A stretch of 64,000 bases of DNA from Chloroflexota bacterium (GTDB taxonomy: Bacteria; Chloroflexota; Dehalococcoidia; UBA2979), in contig QGNP01000001.1 of assembly GCA_003228125.1 (NCBI GenBank), positions 67,524-131,523 of the forward strand, in the 5' to 3' direction. The translations under genes were made by a program, and so were the position numbers. This document shows, piece by piece, positions 19,554 through 27,613 of the stretch. The first letter of the stretch is position 1, and every line of letters begins with the position of its first letter. A model generated the notes under the pieces. The model was not told the DNA's origin. It worked only from the letters and a program-made list of their open reading frames with translations, and ran no database searches.

Positions 19554-20516
19554 CTATTTTTTAATGGGCAAGTCAGATCGGTTACCCCATTCAACCCATG
19601 AGCCATCATAGACTTTTACATTTGGATAACCTAGTAGATCGGTTAGCACAAACCAAGTATGAGTTGCTCTTACGGCAGTTTGACATAATGTATATATTGT
19701 TTGATCGGAACTAAAGCCTGCATCAGTATATATTTTATTTAATTGCTCATATGATAGAAACTCTTTATCGGCATTAATATTAGATACCCAGTTTACGTTA
19801 GAGGATCCTTCTATATGCCCGCCTCGCTCAGCTCGTATATCTTTTCCAGCATATTCTTCAGGTGATCTTGTATCACAAACTAATTTTTCTGGATTATCAA
19901 TTGAAGCAAGTACCTCATCAGCGCCTGCTATGATATTGCTATTAGCTTTTCCTGAAAAAACATATTGACTTCCAACTATTGAAGGTATTGTTGTTTCAAT
20001 TGGCAATTCTTTGGTTTTCCATAATGACCATGATCCATCTAAAATGACAGTTTTCTCATGCCCATAAACCTCTAGTGCCCATAGTCCACGAGAAGCCCAT
20101 AAATTGCTACTACTATCATAAATGACAATTTTATTATTTGGCTTTGCTCCAATGCTAGATAGCACATCTTCAATATGTGCTTTAGGTGGCAACATACCTG
20201 CTACTCCTGCAGCATTCTCTTGCTGGAATGTTGTTTTTGGATTAATGTGAACAGCACCAGGGATATGACCAATAAGATAATCTTCTTCTGATCTAATATC
20301 GATAATGACTATGTTGTCATCTGAAATGTTTTGATTTAACCAACTTGCTGATACTAAGTGCTTAGTTGATTTATAAGCTCTGTCATCAAGTTCTGTATCA
20401 TTTGAAACACTAGCATTACTGCTACATGCTGATAATAGCAATGCACTAAATAAGAATAAAATTATTCCTAATTTTATAAATATTTTTGTATGAATATTAA
20501 TTTTACTACTTAACAT
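19554..20516 (-). CDS. rhodanese-domain sulfurtransferase (tandem rhodanese, SseA/thiosulfate sulfurtransferase-like), predicted lipoprotein
   Basis: 320 aa. Signal peptide with lipobox-like 'LLSAC'. Two rhodanese domains. Active-site loop 'CQTAVRAT' with the catalytic Cys in the second domain. Confidence 0.8.
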   Translation of the reverse strand: MLSSKINIHTKIFIKLGIILFLFSALLLSACSSNASVSNDTELDDRAYKSTKHLVSASWLNQNISDDNIVIIDIRSEEDYLIGHIPGAVHINPKTTFQQENAAGVAGMLPPKAHIEDVLSSIGAKPNNKIVIYDSSSNLWASRGLWALEVYGHEKTVILDGSWSLWKTKELPIETTIPSIVGSQYVFSGKANSNIIAGADEVLASIDNPEKLVCDTRSPEEYAGKDIRAERGGHIEGSSNVNWVSNINADKEFLSYEQLNKIYTDAGFSSDQTIYTLCQTAVRATHTWFVLTDLLGYPNVKVYDGSWVEWGNRSDLPIKK

Positions 20517-20540
20517 AATTATTCTCCTAAATGTTATTTA

Positions 20541-20771
20541 CTAAATTTTTGTTAATAAAATCGCCCACTCACCATTTTTTGTTTCATTAATTTCACAAGC
20601 AAATCCTCTCTTAATGGCTTCAGGAGGTATTGTTGACAATGCTGGCGGATGATCAGTTATTACTTCAACTTGTTGAATATTTTCAATATTTTGATCTAAA
20701 AATTGGTTAGTTTTAATCATTGGGTAAGGGCATATTTCACCTCTTACATCAAGTAATTTTTTATTATCCAT
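20541..20771 (-). CDS. TusA-family sulfurtransferase (sulfur carrier)
   Basis: 76 aa. 'LDVRGEICPYPMIKT' contains the TusA CPxP motif at the canonical position. Confidence 0.75.
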   Translation of the reverse strand: MDNKKLLDVRGEICPYPMIKTNQFLDQNIENIQQVEVITDHPPALSTIPPEAIKRGFACEINETKNGEWAILLTKI

Positions 20772-20925
20772 AGATTTTCCTTTAACATATTTTAATTTGC
20801 CATAACAATATTATCTATTATTGACTAATTTGATAATTATTGTCAAGTATATTTACATATTTTAAAATATGCAGTTAAAATATTTGTGTAGTATCTTTGA
20901 ATTGAAATATTTTTAAGTTTAAAGT

Positions 20926-21855
20926 TTGGTCATGAATCTTTTAAAGATAAATTATTTTTCAATTTTTGTAGTTGTTTACACATTAATTAATATTCTTATC
21001 GGTGTTGTAGTTCGCTCTACAGGATCAGGAGCCGGATGTGGTGTTTCATGGCCTAGTTGCAATGGTGCAATTTTTATATCAGGCTCTGTGCAATCAGAAT
21101 TAATTGAGTATATTCATAGATTGTCTAGCGGAATTAATCTATTACTAGTTATACTTTTATTTTTAATTATCATAAAATTTTTACGCAATAATCATAATGC
21201 TGTTTTATTTTCTGCTCTTTCTGTATGTTTTATTTTTATAGAAGCAGGCATAGGTGCATTTATTGTTTTTTATCAATGGGTTGCAGATAATTCATCTATG
21301 GGCAGGGCAATTGTCGTCCCTTTTCATTTGGTAAATACTTTTTTTCTTATGTTTTTTTTGATCGCAACAACATGGATTTTATTTCAAAATAATAGATTAA
21401 ACCTAAATTTTAAAATCCTATCCTTAAGTCATTGGAAGAAGTTTTTATTTGGTTTTTTATTATTTTTTCTATTAAGTACTAGCGGAGCTACAAGTGCTTT
21501 AGCTGACACACTGTTTGAAGCAATTGATTTGAAATCAGAATTATTATCAGATATTTCTGGAAATGCCCATATCTTATCAAGGATAAGGATTTTTCATCCT
21601 ATTATTGCTATTTGTACAGTTTTCTGGATTACATATTGTTCAAAAAATATTAACCTTATCTATAAAAATAAAATTATGAAAAGATTATACAATTATCTAA
21701 TATTTTCATTTATTATTGAATTTTGCATTGGCATCTTGAATGTTTTATTATTAGTTCCAATTTTTTTACAAATAGTACATTTATTGATTGCGCATCTAGT
21801 ATGGACATTTATGGTTATTTTTTTATTAGAAGGAGTAAAAATTGAGTCAAATTAA
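20926..21855 (+). CDS. ctaA: heme A synthase (CtaA/COX15 family)
   Basis: 309 aa. About 8 TM helices. N-terminal loop 'GSGAGCGVSWPSCNG' is the Cys pair typical of type-1 heme A synthases. Conserved His in the TM helices. Confidence 0.65.
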   Translation: MVMNLLKINYFSIFVVVYTLINILIGVVVRSTGSGAGCGVSWPSCNGAIFISGSVQSELIEYIHRLSSGINLLLVILLFLIIIKFLRNNHNAVLFSALSVCFIFIEAGIGAFIVFYQWVADNSSMGRAIVVPFHLVNTFFLMFFLIATTWILFQNNRLNLNFKILSLSHWKKFLFGFLLFFLLSTSGATSALADTLFEAIDLKSELLSDISGNAHILSRIRIFHPIIAICTVFWITYCSKNINLIYKNKIMKRLYNYLIFSFIIEFCIGILNVLLLVPIFLQIVHLLIAHLVWTFMVIFLLEGVKIESN

Positions 21856-21856
21856 T

Positions 21857-21933
21857 GTTATTAGTTATTAGTTATTAGTTATTAGTTATTAGTTATTAGT
21901 TATTAGTTATTAGTTATTAGTTATTAGTTATTG
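21857..21933. repeat. tandem heptanucleotide microsatellite (GTTATTA)x10 plus one degenerate unit
   Basis: Counted directly: perfect 7-mer units from 21857 to 21926, then 'gttattg'. The repeat begins 1 bp after the ctaA stop and overlaps the last about 17 bp of the convergent 74-aa ORF. It contains stop codons in all six frames. Confidence 0.9.
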
Positions 21934-22141
21934 ATATTTTCCATAGATTGTCTACTGGAGGCGCAAAGGCACATTTCATTCCAGCACCAGCTGCTAATGG
22001 AACAATAAATTTCATGATTATTTCGTGCTGAGTGATTATTTCGTATTTGAAATTTTTTTCAGTATTTTTTAGTAATTCTTGCATTTTTTGCATTTGCATT
22101 GGCAGTTCAAGTTCTGTAAGATTAATAATTTTATCTTCCAT
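21917..22141 (-). CDS. small hypothetical protein co-transcribed downstream of yeeE/yedE (possible degenerate TusA/YeeD-like partner)
   Basis: 74 aa. Starts 10 bp after the YeeE stop on the same strand. The N-terminal 'INLTELELPMQMQ' resembles the TusA 'LDLRGLxCPxP' segment in spacing but has L-P-M-Q instead of C-P-x-P. Its last residues (…ITNN) are encoded by the heptamer repeat. Confidence 0.35.
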   Translation of the reverse strand: MEDKIINLTELELPMQMQKMQELLKNTEKNFKYEIITQHEIIMKFIVPLAAGAGMKCAFAPPVDNLWKISITNN

Positions 22142-22151
22142 TTATATCATC

Positions 22152-23393
22152 CTACATTAATTTTGTAATAATTTTTGAACCTATATACGATCCTATAAGT
22201 AATGATATTGCAAAAAGCCAACCGCTTAATGCTAAAGAAGGTATTGCTGAGAAAAAAGCACCAATTGTACAGCCAATTGCTAAGCCTGCACCATATCCCA
22301 TTATAACTCCTCCTATTAAAGATTGAGCATATCGCATCTTAGATCTGGAAATACGTAATTTAAATTCATTTGCAATTACTGCACCACTAAACGAACCTAT
22401 TATGATTCCAGTATTAAGAAAAAAACTGTTATGAGCATAAAATGCACCTTGAACCATTTCTTCAAGAGAGCATCCTGATAGATCTGATAATCCTTTTAGT
22501 GGAGGGATTGGATAACCTATTATGTTGCCTGCATAACTTCCCCATCTAGAAATTTCCCCAACAACGCCTAATGGAGCAAATTTTATAAATAAAAGAATAT
22601 TAATGAATCCTAATGTCGTTGCACCAATGATCGGACTCCATCCGTCTTTAAATATTTTTTTGTATATTGGATACAGAGACTGTAAAAAATTGCTATTTTG
22701 AATTTCATTATCTGAACTTTTTATTATTGGGATATTAAATCTAGGTGTAGAAGATTCAATTTTTATAATTAGTAAATAAAAAATAAATATTAATGTGAGA
22801 CTTATCAAAATAGTTGTCCCATAACCAAAGTGATTTGGCAGCCATATTAGTGGGTCAGTGTTAATTGATAAATCCCACCACCAATTCCATGTTTGATTTA
22901 ATAGAAATGTTCCAATCGTCACTCCGACAATTGTTACCCAAGACGTTAGGTAGCCTTCTCCCATTCTATATAAGCTACCTGACACGCAACCACCTGCTAG
23001 AACCATGCCTATCCCAAATAAAAGCCCCCCAGTAATTGTTGCTAATCCTACTGGTAAAATATGGGCATCATTAGGAATACTGATTCCATTGGGAACAGGG
23101 TATATTGTTGACATTATAACAGAAAAACCAATGATTGAAATTCCAAGACCGACTAGAATCCCTTTCATCGTATGGCCTTGCCTCATTAAGAAGATATCTC
23201 TAAATCCAGAAGCAAAACATAATCTACTACGTTGTAGCGTAAAACCTGTACTGATGCCAACTAGCCAATATATTGCTAAATCTTGCTTTAAACCTACTGC
23301 GAAAAAATAAATAGTCATTAAAAATAAAAGGATAGCTAGTAACTTATATCGATAAGTTAATTTTAGTTTTATAGTCAAATTTTGCATTGTCAT
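22152..23393 (-). CDS. YeeE/YedE family membrane protein (fused two-domain thiosulfate/sulfur-compound transporter, TsuA-like)
   Basis: 413 aa. Two homologous halves, each with the conserved Cys-containing loop ('LAGGCVSGSLYRMGEG' and 'GAGLAIGCTIGAFFS'), typical of the YeeE/YedE family. Confidence 0.8.
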   Translation of the reverse strand: MTMQNLTIKLKLTYRYKLLAILLFLMTIYFFAVGLKQDLAIYWLVGISTGFTLQRSRLCFASGFRDIFLMRQGHTMKGILVGLGISIIGFSVIMSTIYPVPNGISIPNDAHILPVGLATITGGLLFGIGMVLAGGCVSGSLYRMGEGYLTSWVTIVGVTIGTFLLNQTWNWWWDLSINTDPLIWLPNHFGYGTTILISLTLIFIFYLLIIKIESSTPRFNIPIIKSSDNEIQNSNFLQSLYPIYKKIFKDGWSPIIGATTLGFINILLFIKFAPLGVVGEISRWGSYAGNIIGYPIPPLKGLSDLSGCSLEEMVQGAFYAHNSFFLNTGIIIGSFSGAVIANEFKLRISRSKMRYAQSLIGGVIMGYGAGLAIGCTIGAFFSAIPSLALSGWLFAISLLIGSYIGSKIITKLM

Positions 23394-23455
23394 GTTCGCT
23401 TACTTTATTTTAATAGTGCGTTTATTATTTATTAATTTGATCAGTATTATAAATT

Positions 23456-24145
23456 TCATAAAGATTTTCTTCTTGACAGCAATATTATAATAATGGGTAT
23501 TATAAAAGCAATAACTAAAATTCCAAATACAATAAATGCTAACCATGGATTAGTTAACAATGCATCACCAACAAAAACCAATCCTGTAATGGGAATAACC
23601 ATACCAATAAATGTTGCTAAATTAAATTTTATAAAATTCATTGAAGTAAGACCAGCGCAATAACTGATTAAATCAAAGCTAAATGTAGGAATAAATCTAA
23701 CAGCAATGATTGCAGAAAATCCAAAATCATTGCTAAATTTATCTATTTGATCAATATTTTTTTGAGAAGTAAATTTTTCTATTGCTGGTCTACCCCATTT
23801 TTTTGCTATTAAAAAGGCAATTGCTGCACCAATCTGTGCACCAATTAATGAATATATTGTACCTAAAAATGTTCCAAAGCTTAATCCAGCAGCTATACCG
23901 AGCGGAGTTGATGGGATAGGCGATACGACAACTGCTAAAATGACTAATAGAATGTATATAAATGGAGCGTAGTTTTTGTACTCCTGTATCCAAATTTTTA
24001 TAGATTCTGCTTCAAAATCAAAATAATATGAAAGAATTAAATTAAAAATTCCTGAAAAAATTAATCCAACGAAACAGAAAATAATAAGCAATTTAAGTGT
24101 TTCAGTCGTAATGAGATTGTTTAATTGATCTAATATTTTTTTCAA
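23456..24145 (-). CDS. DedA/TVP38/TMEM64 family membrane protein
   Basis: 229 aa. '…RFIPTFSFDLISYCAGLT…' is the SNARE-associated/DedA core motif. 4–5 TM helices. Confidence 0.75.
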   Translation of the reverse strand: MKKILDQLNNLITTETLKLLIIFCFVGLIFSGIFNLILSYYFDFEAESIKIWIQEYKNYAPFIYILLVILAVVVSPIPSTPLGIAAGLSFGTFLGTIYSLIGAQIGAAIAFLIAKKWGRPAIEKFTSQKNIDQIDKFSNDFGFSAIIAVRFIPTFSFDLISYCAGLTSMNFIKFNLATFIGMVIPITGLVFVGDALLTNPWLAFIVFGILVIAFIIPIIIILLSRRKSL

Positions 24146-24259
24146 TATTTAACCTTAATGTTGATTGCATATAGTTTAAGAAAAATTAGTGTATGTTTCA
24201 AATAGCGCAGAGATTAAATAGGCCTTTTTATGCATATAAGCTTTTTTATATCTTTACTT

Positions 24260-24420
24260 GGTGTATACTTTTTAAATTATTAAATGTTTTATTGGGGAAA
24301 TTTGTTTAAATCAAATGCTGTCCCGCAACTGTGAATAGGAAAAATCCTAAAGCCAGAACACCAATTTTATATTTATAATCTTTCGTAATGCTGCGAGGAC
24401 AGTAAGCGATTATGTTCATT
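24260..24420 (+). ncRNA. cobalamin (adenosylcobalamin) riboswitch-like leader
   Basis: Seen in sequence: 'GGGGAAA' (24294–24300), 'GCTGTCCCGCAACTGTGAA' (24317–24335; matches the CCCGC.ACTGT element) and 'AAGCCAGAACACC' (24350–24362; B12-box AGCCAG.A.ACC). A downstream 'GCGAGGACAG' can alternatively pair with 'CTGTCCCGC'. It sits about 80 bp upstream of a btuF-like gene. The boundaries are approximate. Confidence 0.6.
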
Positions 24421-24499
24421 TATAGCTGTTTTAATAGAGCTTTTTTAAATATCATAATTTCACAATTATACTCCCGCATTTTATATAATTTATTTTGAT

Positions 24500-25462
24500 G
24501 TGAGGATGATTGTGATTCGTATATTTGAAATAAAGAAAAAAAACAGTGTTTCTTTGTTTATTGGGATGCTTCTTGTAACATTATTTACCCTAATTGCTTG
24601 TAATAGCATAGAAGATAAAAATCATAACTTTGTAACTAATTATGGAGTTTCATTTAGCGATCAAATGGGAGATAAGTCATTTACTAATTTTCCAAGTCGA
24701 ATTGCTTCATTTTCTCCAGAAATTACGGAAATAATTTATGCACTAGGTAGTGGAGGGCAAATAGTAGCAATTAATGATTCTTCAGATTATCCTTTAGAAA
24801 CTGCATTTTTACCCAAACTAGGATTCATGAATATTAACGTAGAGTCGATTATTAAATATGATCCAAATTTAATAATCTTAACTGCAGGTTTCGAAGAAGT
24901 GGCACACAAATTAATAGGATTAGGTTATCAAGTAATATTTTTTGATGCACCAAAAAATATTACACAGCTATATGACAACATAATTACAATGGGAAAGATA
25001 CTTGATAACCATGATGGGAGCGAAGCATTGGTTGCGGATCTTCAATCTCAAATGAATAAAACTTTATTAGAAGTTAGTAAAGTAAAAGTACAAGATAAAA
25101 AAACCCTTTTCTTAGAGATTGATCCAATGCTGTATACGGCAAGTGATAATTCTTTCATTGGTAGCTTATTAAAGTTAGCTAATGTTACTAATATTGCTGC
25201 ATCAGTCGCAGGTAGTTTTCCGCAAGTTTCATTAGAATTTATCATCGATAGTAATCCAGATATAATTTTATTAGCTGATACAGATTTTGGAACTTCTGTC
25301 GAAAATGTTTTACAAAGAGATACTTGGAAAAATATAACTGCTGTAAAAAATAAGAATATATATGCTATAGAGGCTGATTGGATTAGTAGAGCTGGGCCAC
25401 GATTTATATTGGGATTACAACAAATTATCTCTTTAGTATATGAAATTGAATTCGCAGATTAA
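24500..25462 (+). CDS. ABC transporter periplasmic substrate-binding lipoprotein, cluster A-2 (BtuF/FhuD/FecB-like; corrinoid/siderophore class)
   Basis: 320 aa as an ORF. The true start is probably an internal Met or GTG, giving signal peptide '…MLLVTLFTLIACNS' with an LIAC lipobox. Peripla_BP_2 fold pattern. Sits directly downstream of the B12-riboswitch-like element. Confidence 0.7.
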   Translation: MRMIVIRIFEIKKKNSVSLFIGMLLVTLFTLIACNSIEDKNHNFVTNYGVSFSDQMGDKSFTNFPSRIASFSPEITEIIYALGSGGQIVAINDSSDYPLETAFLPKLGFMNINVESIIKYDPNLIILTAGFEEVAHKLIGLGYQVIFFDAPKNITQLYDNIITMGKILDNHDGSEALVADLQSQMNKTLLEVSKVKVQDKKTLFLEIDPMLYTASDNSFIGSLLKLANVTNIAASVAGSFPQVSLEFIIDSNPDIILLADTDFGTSVENVLQRDTWKNITAVKNKNIYAIEADWISRAGPRFILGLQQIISLVYEIEFAD

Positions 25463-26513
25463 AATTATGACAATTAACATTAATTTTAAAAGTAAATTTG
25501 CTATTACATTAATAATGTGCATATCTTTAATTTCTATAATATTTTTTTCTTTGACTGTTGGGATTGCTGAAATACCAGTATCAATTGTTGCAAGATCAAT
25601 TATTAATGTAATGCCTTTTATACATTTTGATCTTACAATAAGTAATAATTGGGAACAAATAATTTTTGATATTCGATTACCTCGAATCATTGCAGCAGGC
25701 ATTGTTGGGGCGGGCTTAAGTTGTGCAGGAGTCACATATCAAGGGGTATTTCGTAATCATCTTGCAGATCCTTATTTATTAGGCATTGCATCTGGCGCAG
25801 CGTTAGCAGTGACTATAGCTAATTATTTTGTTCCTCCAAATATATTATTTTCATTTCTTTGGATTCAGCTCTTTGCTTTTTTTGGGGGGTTATTAGTAAT
25901 CTGCAGCGTATATTTAATGGCATTTATTATTGATAATCGTAATTTTTCTACAATCATATTGACTGGAATTGCACTTTCGTCATTATGTACATCATTAACA
26001 TTTTTTTTGTTGATGATGCAAAGTACGAGAGGTCTTTCAATACTATCATTTCTTTTTGGTAGTTTTAATACTGCTGATTGGAATGTAGTTATTTATACGG
26101 CACCTATTATTATTTTAGGTATTATTTTTCTTATTTTTTTTGGTAGGACATTAAATATTTTGCAAATTGGTCCTGAGGAAGCAAAAACTTTAGGAATTAA
26201 AACTCATAAAATGAATATGTTGTTAATCTTTGTTGCTTCAATTATCACTTGTTCAGCAGTTGCCTTAGCAGGAATTATCGGTTTTGTAGGTTTAATAATA
26301 CCTCATTTATGTAGATTGTTCTTTGGAAATGATTATACAAAATTACTTATGTTTTCTGGATTTATTGGAGCTATGTTTTTAATTTTAGTCGATGATTCTG
26401 TACGTACAATTATTGCACCTAGAGAGATACCCATTGGAGCCATGACTGCTTTGGTCGGAAGTCCTTTATTTATTTATTTCTTATTTATTAAAAGTAATGG
26501 CCATGATTTATGA
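25440..26513 (+). CDS. FecCD-family ABC transporter permease (BtuC-like)
   Basis: 357 aa as an ORF. The likely start is the 10th codon, Met at 25467, just after the btuF-like stop. Has 9–10 TM helices and the FecCD signature region '…LGIASGAALAVT…'. Confidence 0.85.
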   Translation: MKLNSQIKIMTININFKSKFAITLIMCISLISIIFFSLTVGIAEIPVSIVARSIINVMPFIHFDLTISNNWEQIIFDIRLPRIIAAGIVGAGLSCAGVTYQGVFRNHLADPYLLGIASGAALAVTIANYFVPPNILFSFLWIQLFAFFGGLLVICSVYLMAFIIDNRNFSTIILTGIALSSLCTSLTFFLLMMQSTRGLSILSFLFGSFNTADWNVVIYTAPIIILGIIFLIFFGRTLNILQIGPEEAKTLGIKTHKMNMLLIFVASIITCSAVALAGIIGFVGLIIPHLCRLFFGNDYTKLLMFSGFIGAMFLILVDDSVRTIIAPREIPIGAMTALVGSPLFIYFLFIKSNGHDL

Positions 26514-27295
26514 ATTTTAAAACTAGCTTAGCTATCCAGAATCTTACTTTATATAAAAATAAAATCAAGATATTAGACGATATATCTTTAGAGCTCAAAG
26601 AAGGCAATTTAATCAGCATTATAGGACCAACAGGCGCAGGTAAAACATCACTTTTAAGAACAATTTTACAATTTGAAAAAATCAATGATGGGAGTATCAG
26701 AATTTTTCAAAAGGATATGAAAAAATTAAAATTAAATGAACTTGCTAAAAATATTTCTTTTGTCCATCAAAGTTCCTTTTTGCCTGTCGGATTACTTGTT
26801 AATAAGTACGTGCTTTTTGGTAGAAACCCTCATTTGGGTTTTTTTGATACTGAAAGTAAAATTGATTATAAAATTGTTGAACAAGCTCTTAAAAAAGTCG
26901 ATAGTTTGCAATTTATTGATCGAGAACTTACTACATTATCAGGCGGAGAACAAAGGTTAATTATAATTGCTCGAGCGATTGCTCAACAAACTCCTATTAT
27001 GGTCTTGGATGAACCAGCAGCTAATCTTGATTTTGCTCTTAGTGCAAAAATAATGAATATTTTAAAAAATATTGCTGTCAAAGAAAGAAAAACAGTTTTA
27101 ATTGCAACGCATGATGTAAATAATGCTATAAGATTTAGTGATTATATGTGTTTATTGAAGCATGGTCGTATTATTAAACAAGGAACACCATCTGAAGTTA
27201 TGAATAATGAAAATATTATGGATTTGTATGGAGCATCTGCACAAATTACTAAGGATATTGATGGCAATACAATTGTGAGCACAAAATATAATTAA
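26510..27295 (+). CDS. ABC transporter ATP-binding protein (BtuD/FepC-like)
   Basis: 261 aa. Walker A 'GPTGAGKTSLL', ABC signature 'LSGGEQRLIIIARA', Walker B 'IMVLDEP'. Overlaps the permease by ATGA. Confidence 0.85.
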   Translation: MNFKTSLAIQNLTLYKNKIKILDDISLELKEGNLISIIGPTGAGKTSLLRTILQFEKINDGSIRIFQKDMKKLKLNELAKNISFVHQSSFLPVGLLVNKYVLFGRNPHLGFFDTESKIDYKIVEQALKKVDSLQFIDRELTTLSGGEQRLIIIARAIAQQTPIMVLDEPAANLDFALSAKIMNILKNIAVKERKTVLIATHDVNNAIRFSDYMCLLKHGRIIKQGTPSEVMNNENIMDLYGASAQITKDIDGNTIVSTKYN

Positions 27296-27305
27296 ACTTG
27301 TTGGC

Positions 27306-27380
27306 TGGAGCGGGAGATGGGAATCGAACCCACGGCCATCTGCTTGGGAAGCAGATGCTCTGCCACTGAGCTACTCCCGC
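27306..27380 (-). tRNA. tRNA-Gly (anticodon CCC), CCA encoded
   Basis: The reverse complement reads GCGGGAG-TAGCTCAGTGGCAGAGCA-TCTGC-TTCCCAA-GCAGA-…GGTTCGATTCC…-CTCCCGC-T-CCA. It has a 7-bp acceptor stem, a GGTTCGATTCC T-arm and the 7-nt anticodon loop TTCCCAA, so the anticodon is CCC. Confidence 0.9.
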
Positions 27381-27613
27381 TGGTCGGTTAGTTAATTGTA
27401 CTTTAGTTCAAGTAACGCACAATGAACTATAGTACAAACTACGTCACTAATGCTTTGAATATATAGCTATGCTATTAGTAGTTAATTAGGAGACTTGAAC
27501 TGTCTTTTGCTGAATTAAGAGGTGATTAAGTATACATAACATTGTGAAATGCTATTATAATCTAATCACTTTCTAATTAATTATCATTAAACAAAAAACC
27601 TATAAGGAACCTT

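Noticed and set aside
20772-20925. Short inverted repeat (TTGAC…17 nt…GTCAA) upstream of ctaA as a regulator binding site
   Set aside because: Only 5 bp arms. It is indistinguishable from a chance TTGACA-like −35 element in AT-rich DNA.
21857-21933. Heptamer tandem repeat as a CRISPR array
   Set aside because: The 7-bp units are contiguous with no spacers, and there are no cas genes. This is a microsatellite, not CRISPR.
24408-24450. Intrinsic terminator as riboswitch expression platform (AGCTGTTTTAATAGAGCTTTTTT)
   Set aside because: The stem is only about 4 bp (AGCT/AGCT) despite the trailing T-run. It is too weak to call a terminator. Regulation is more likely translational, or through the alternative CTGTCCCGC/GCGAGGACAG pairing.
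27296-27613. tRNA-Gly as an integration site for a genomic island or prophage
   Set aside because: There is no integrase, no direct repeat of the tRNA 3' end and no change in gene content or composition on either side. The flanks are an ABC transporter and an MFS transporter.
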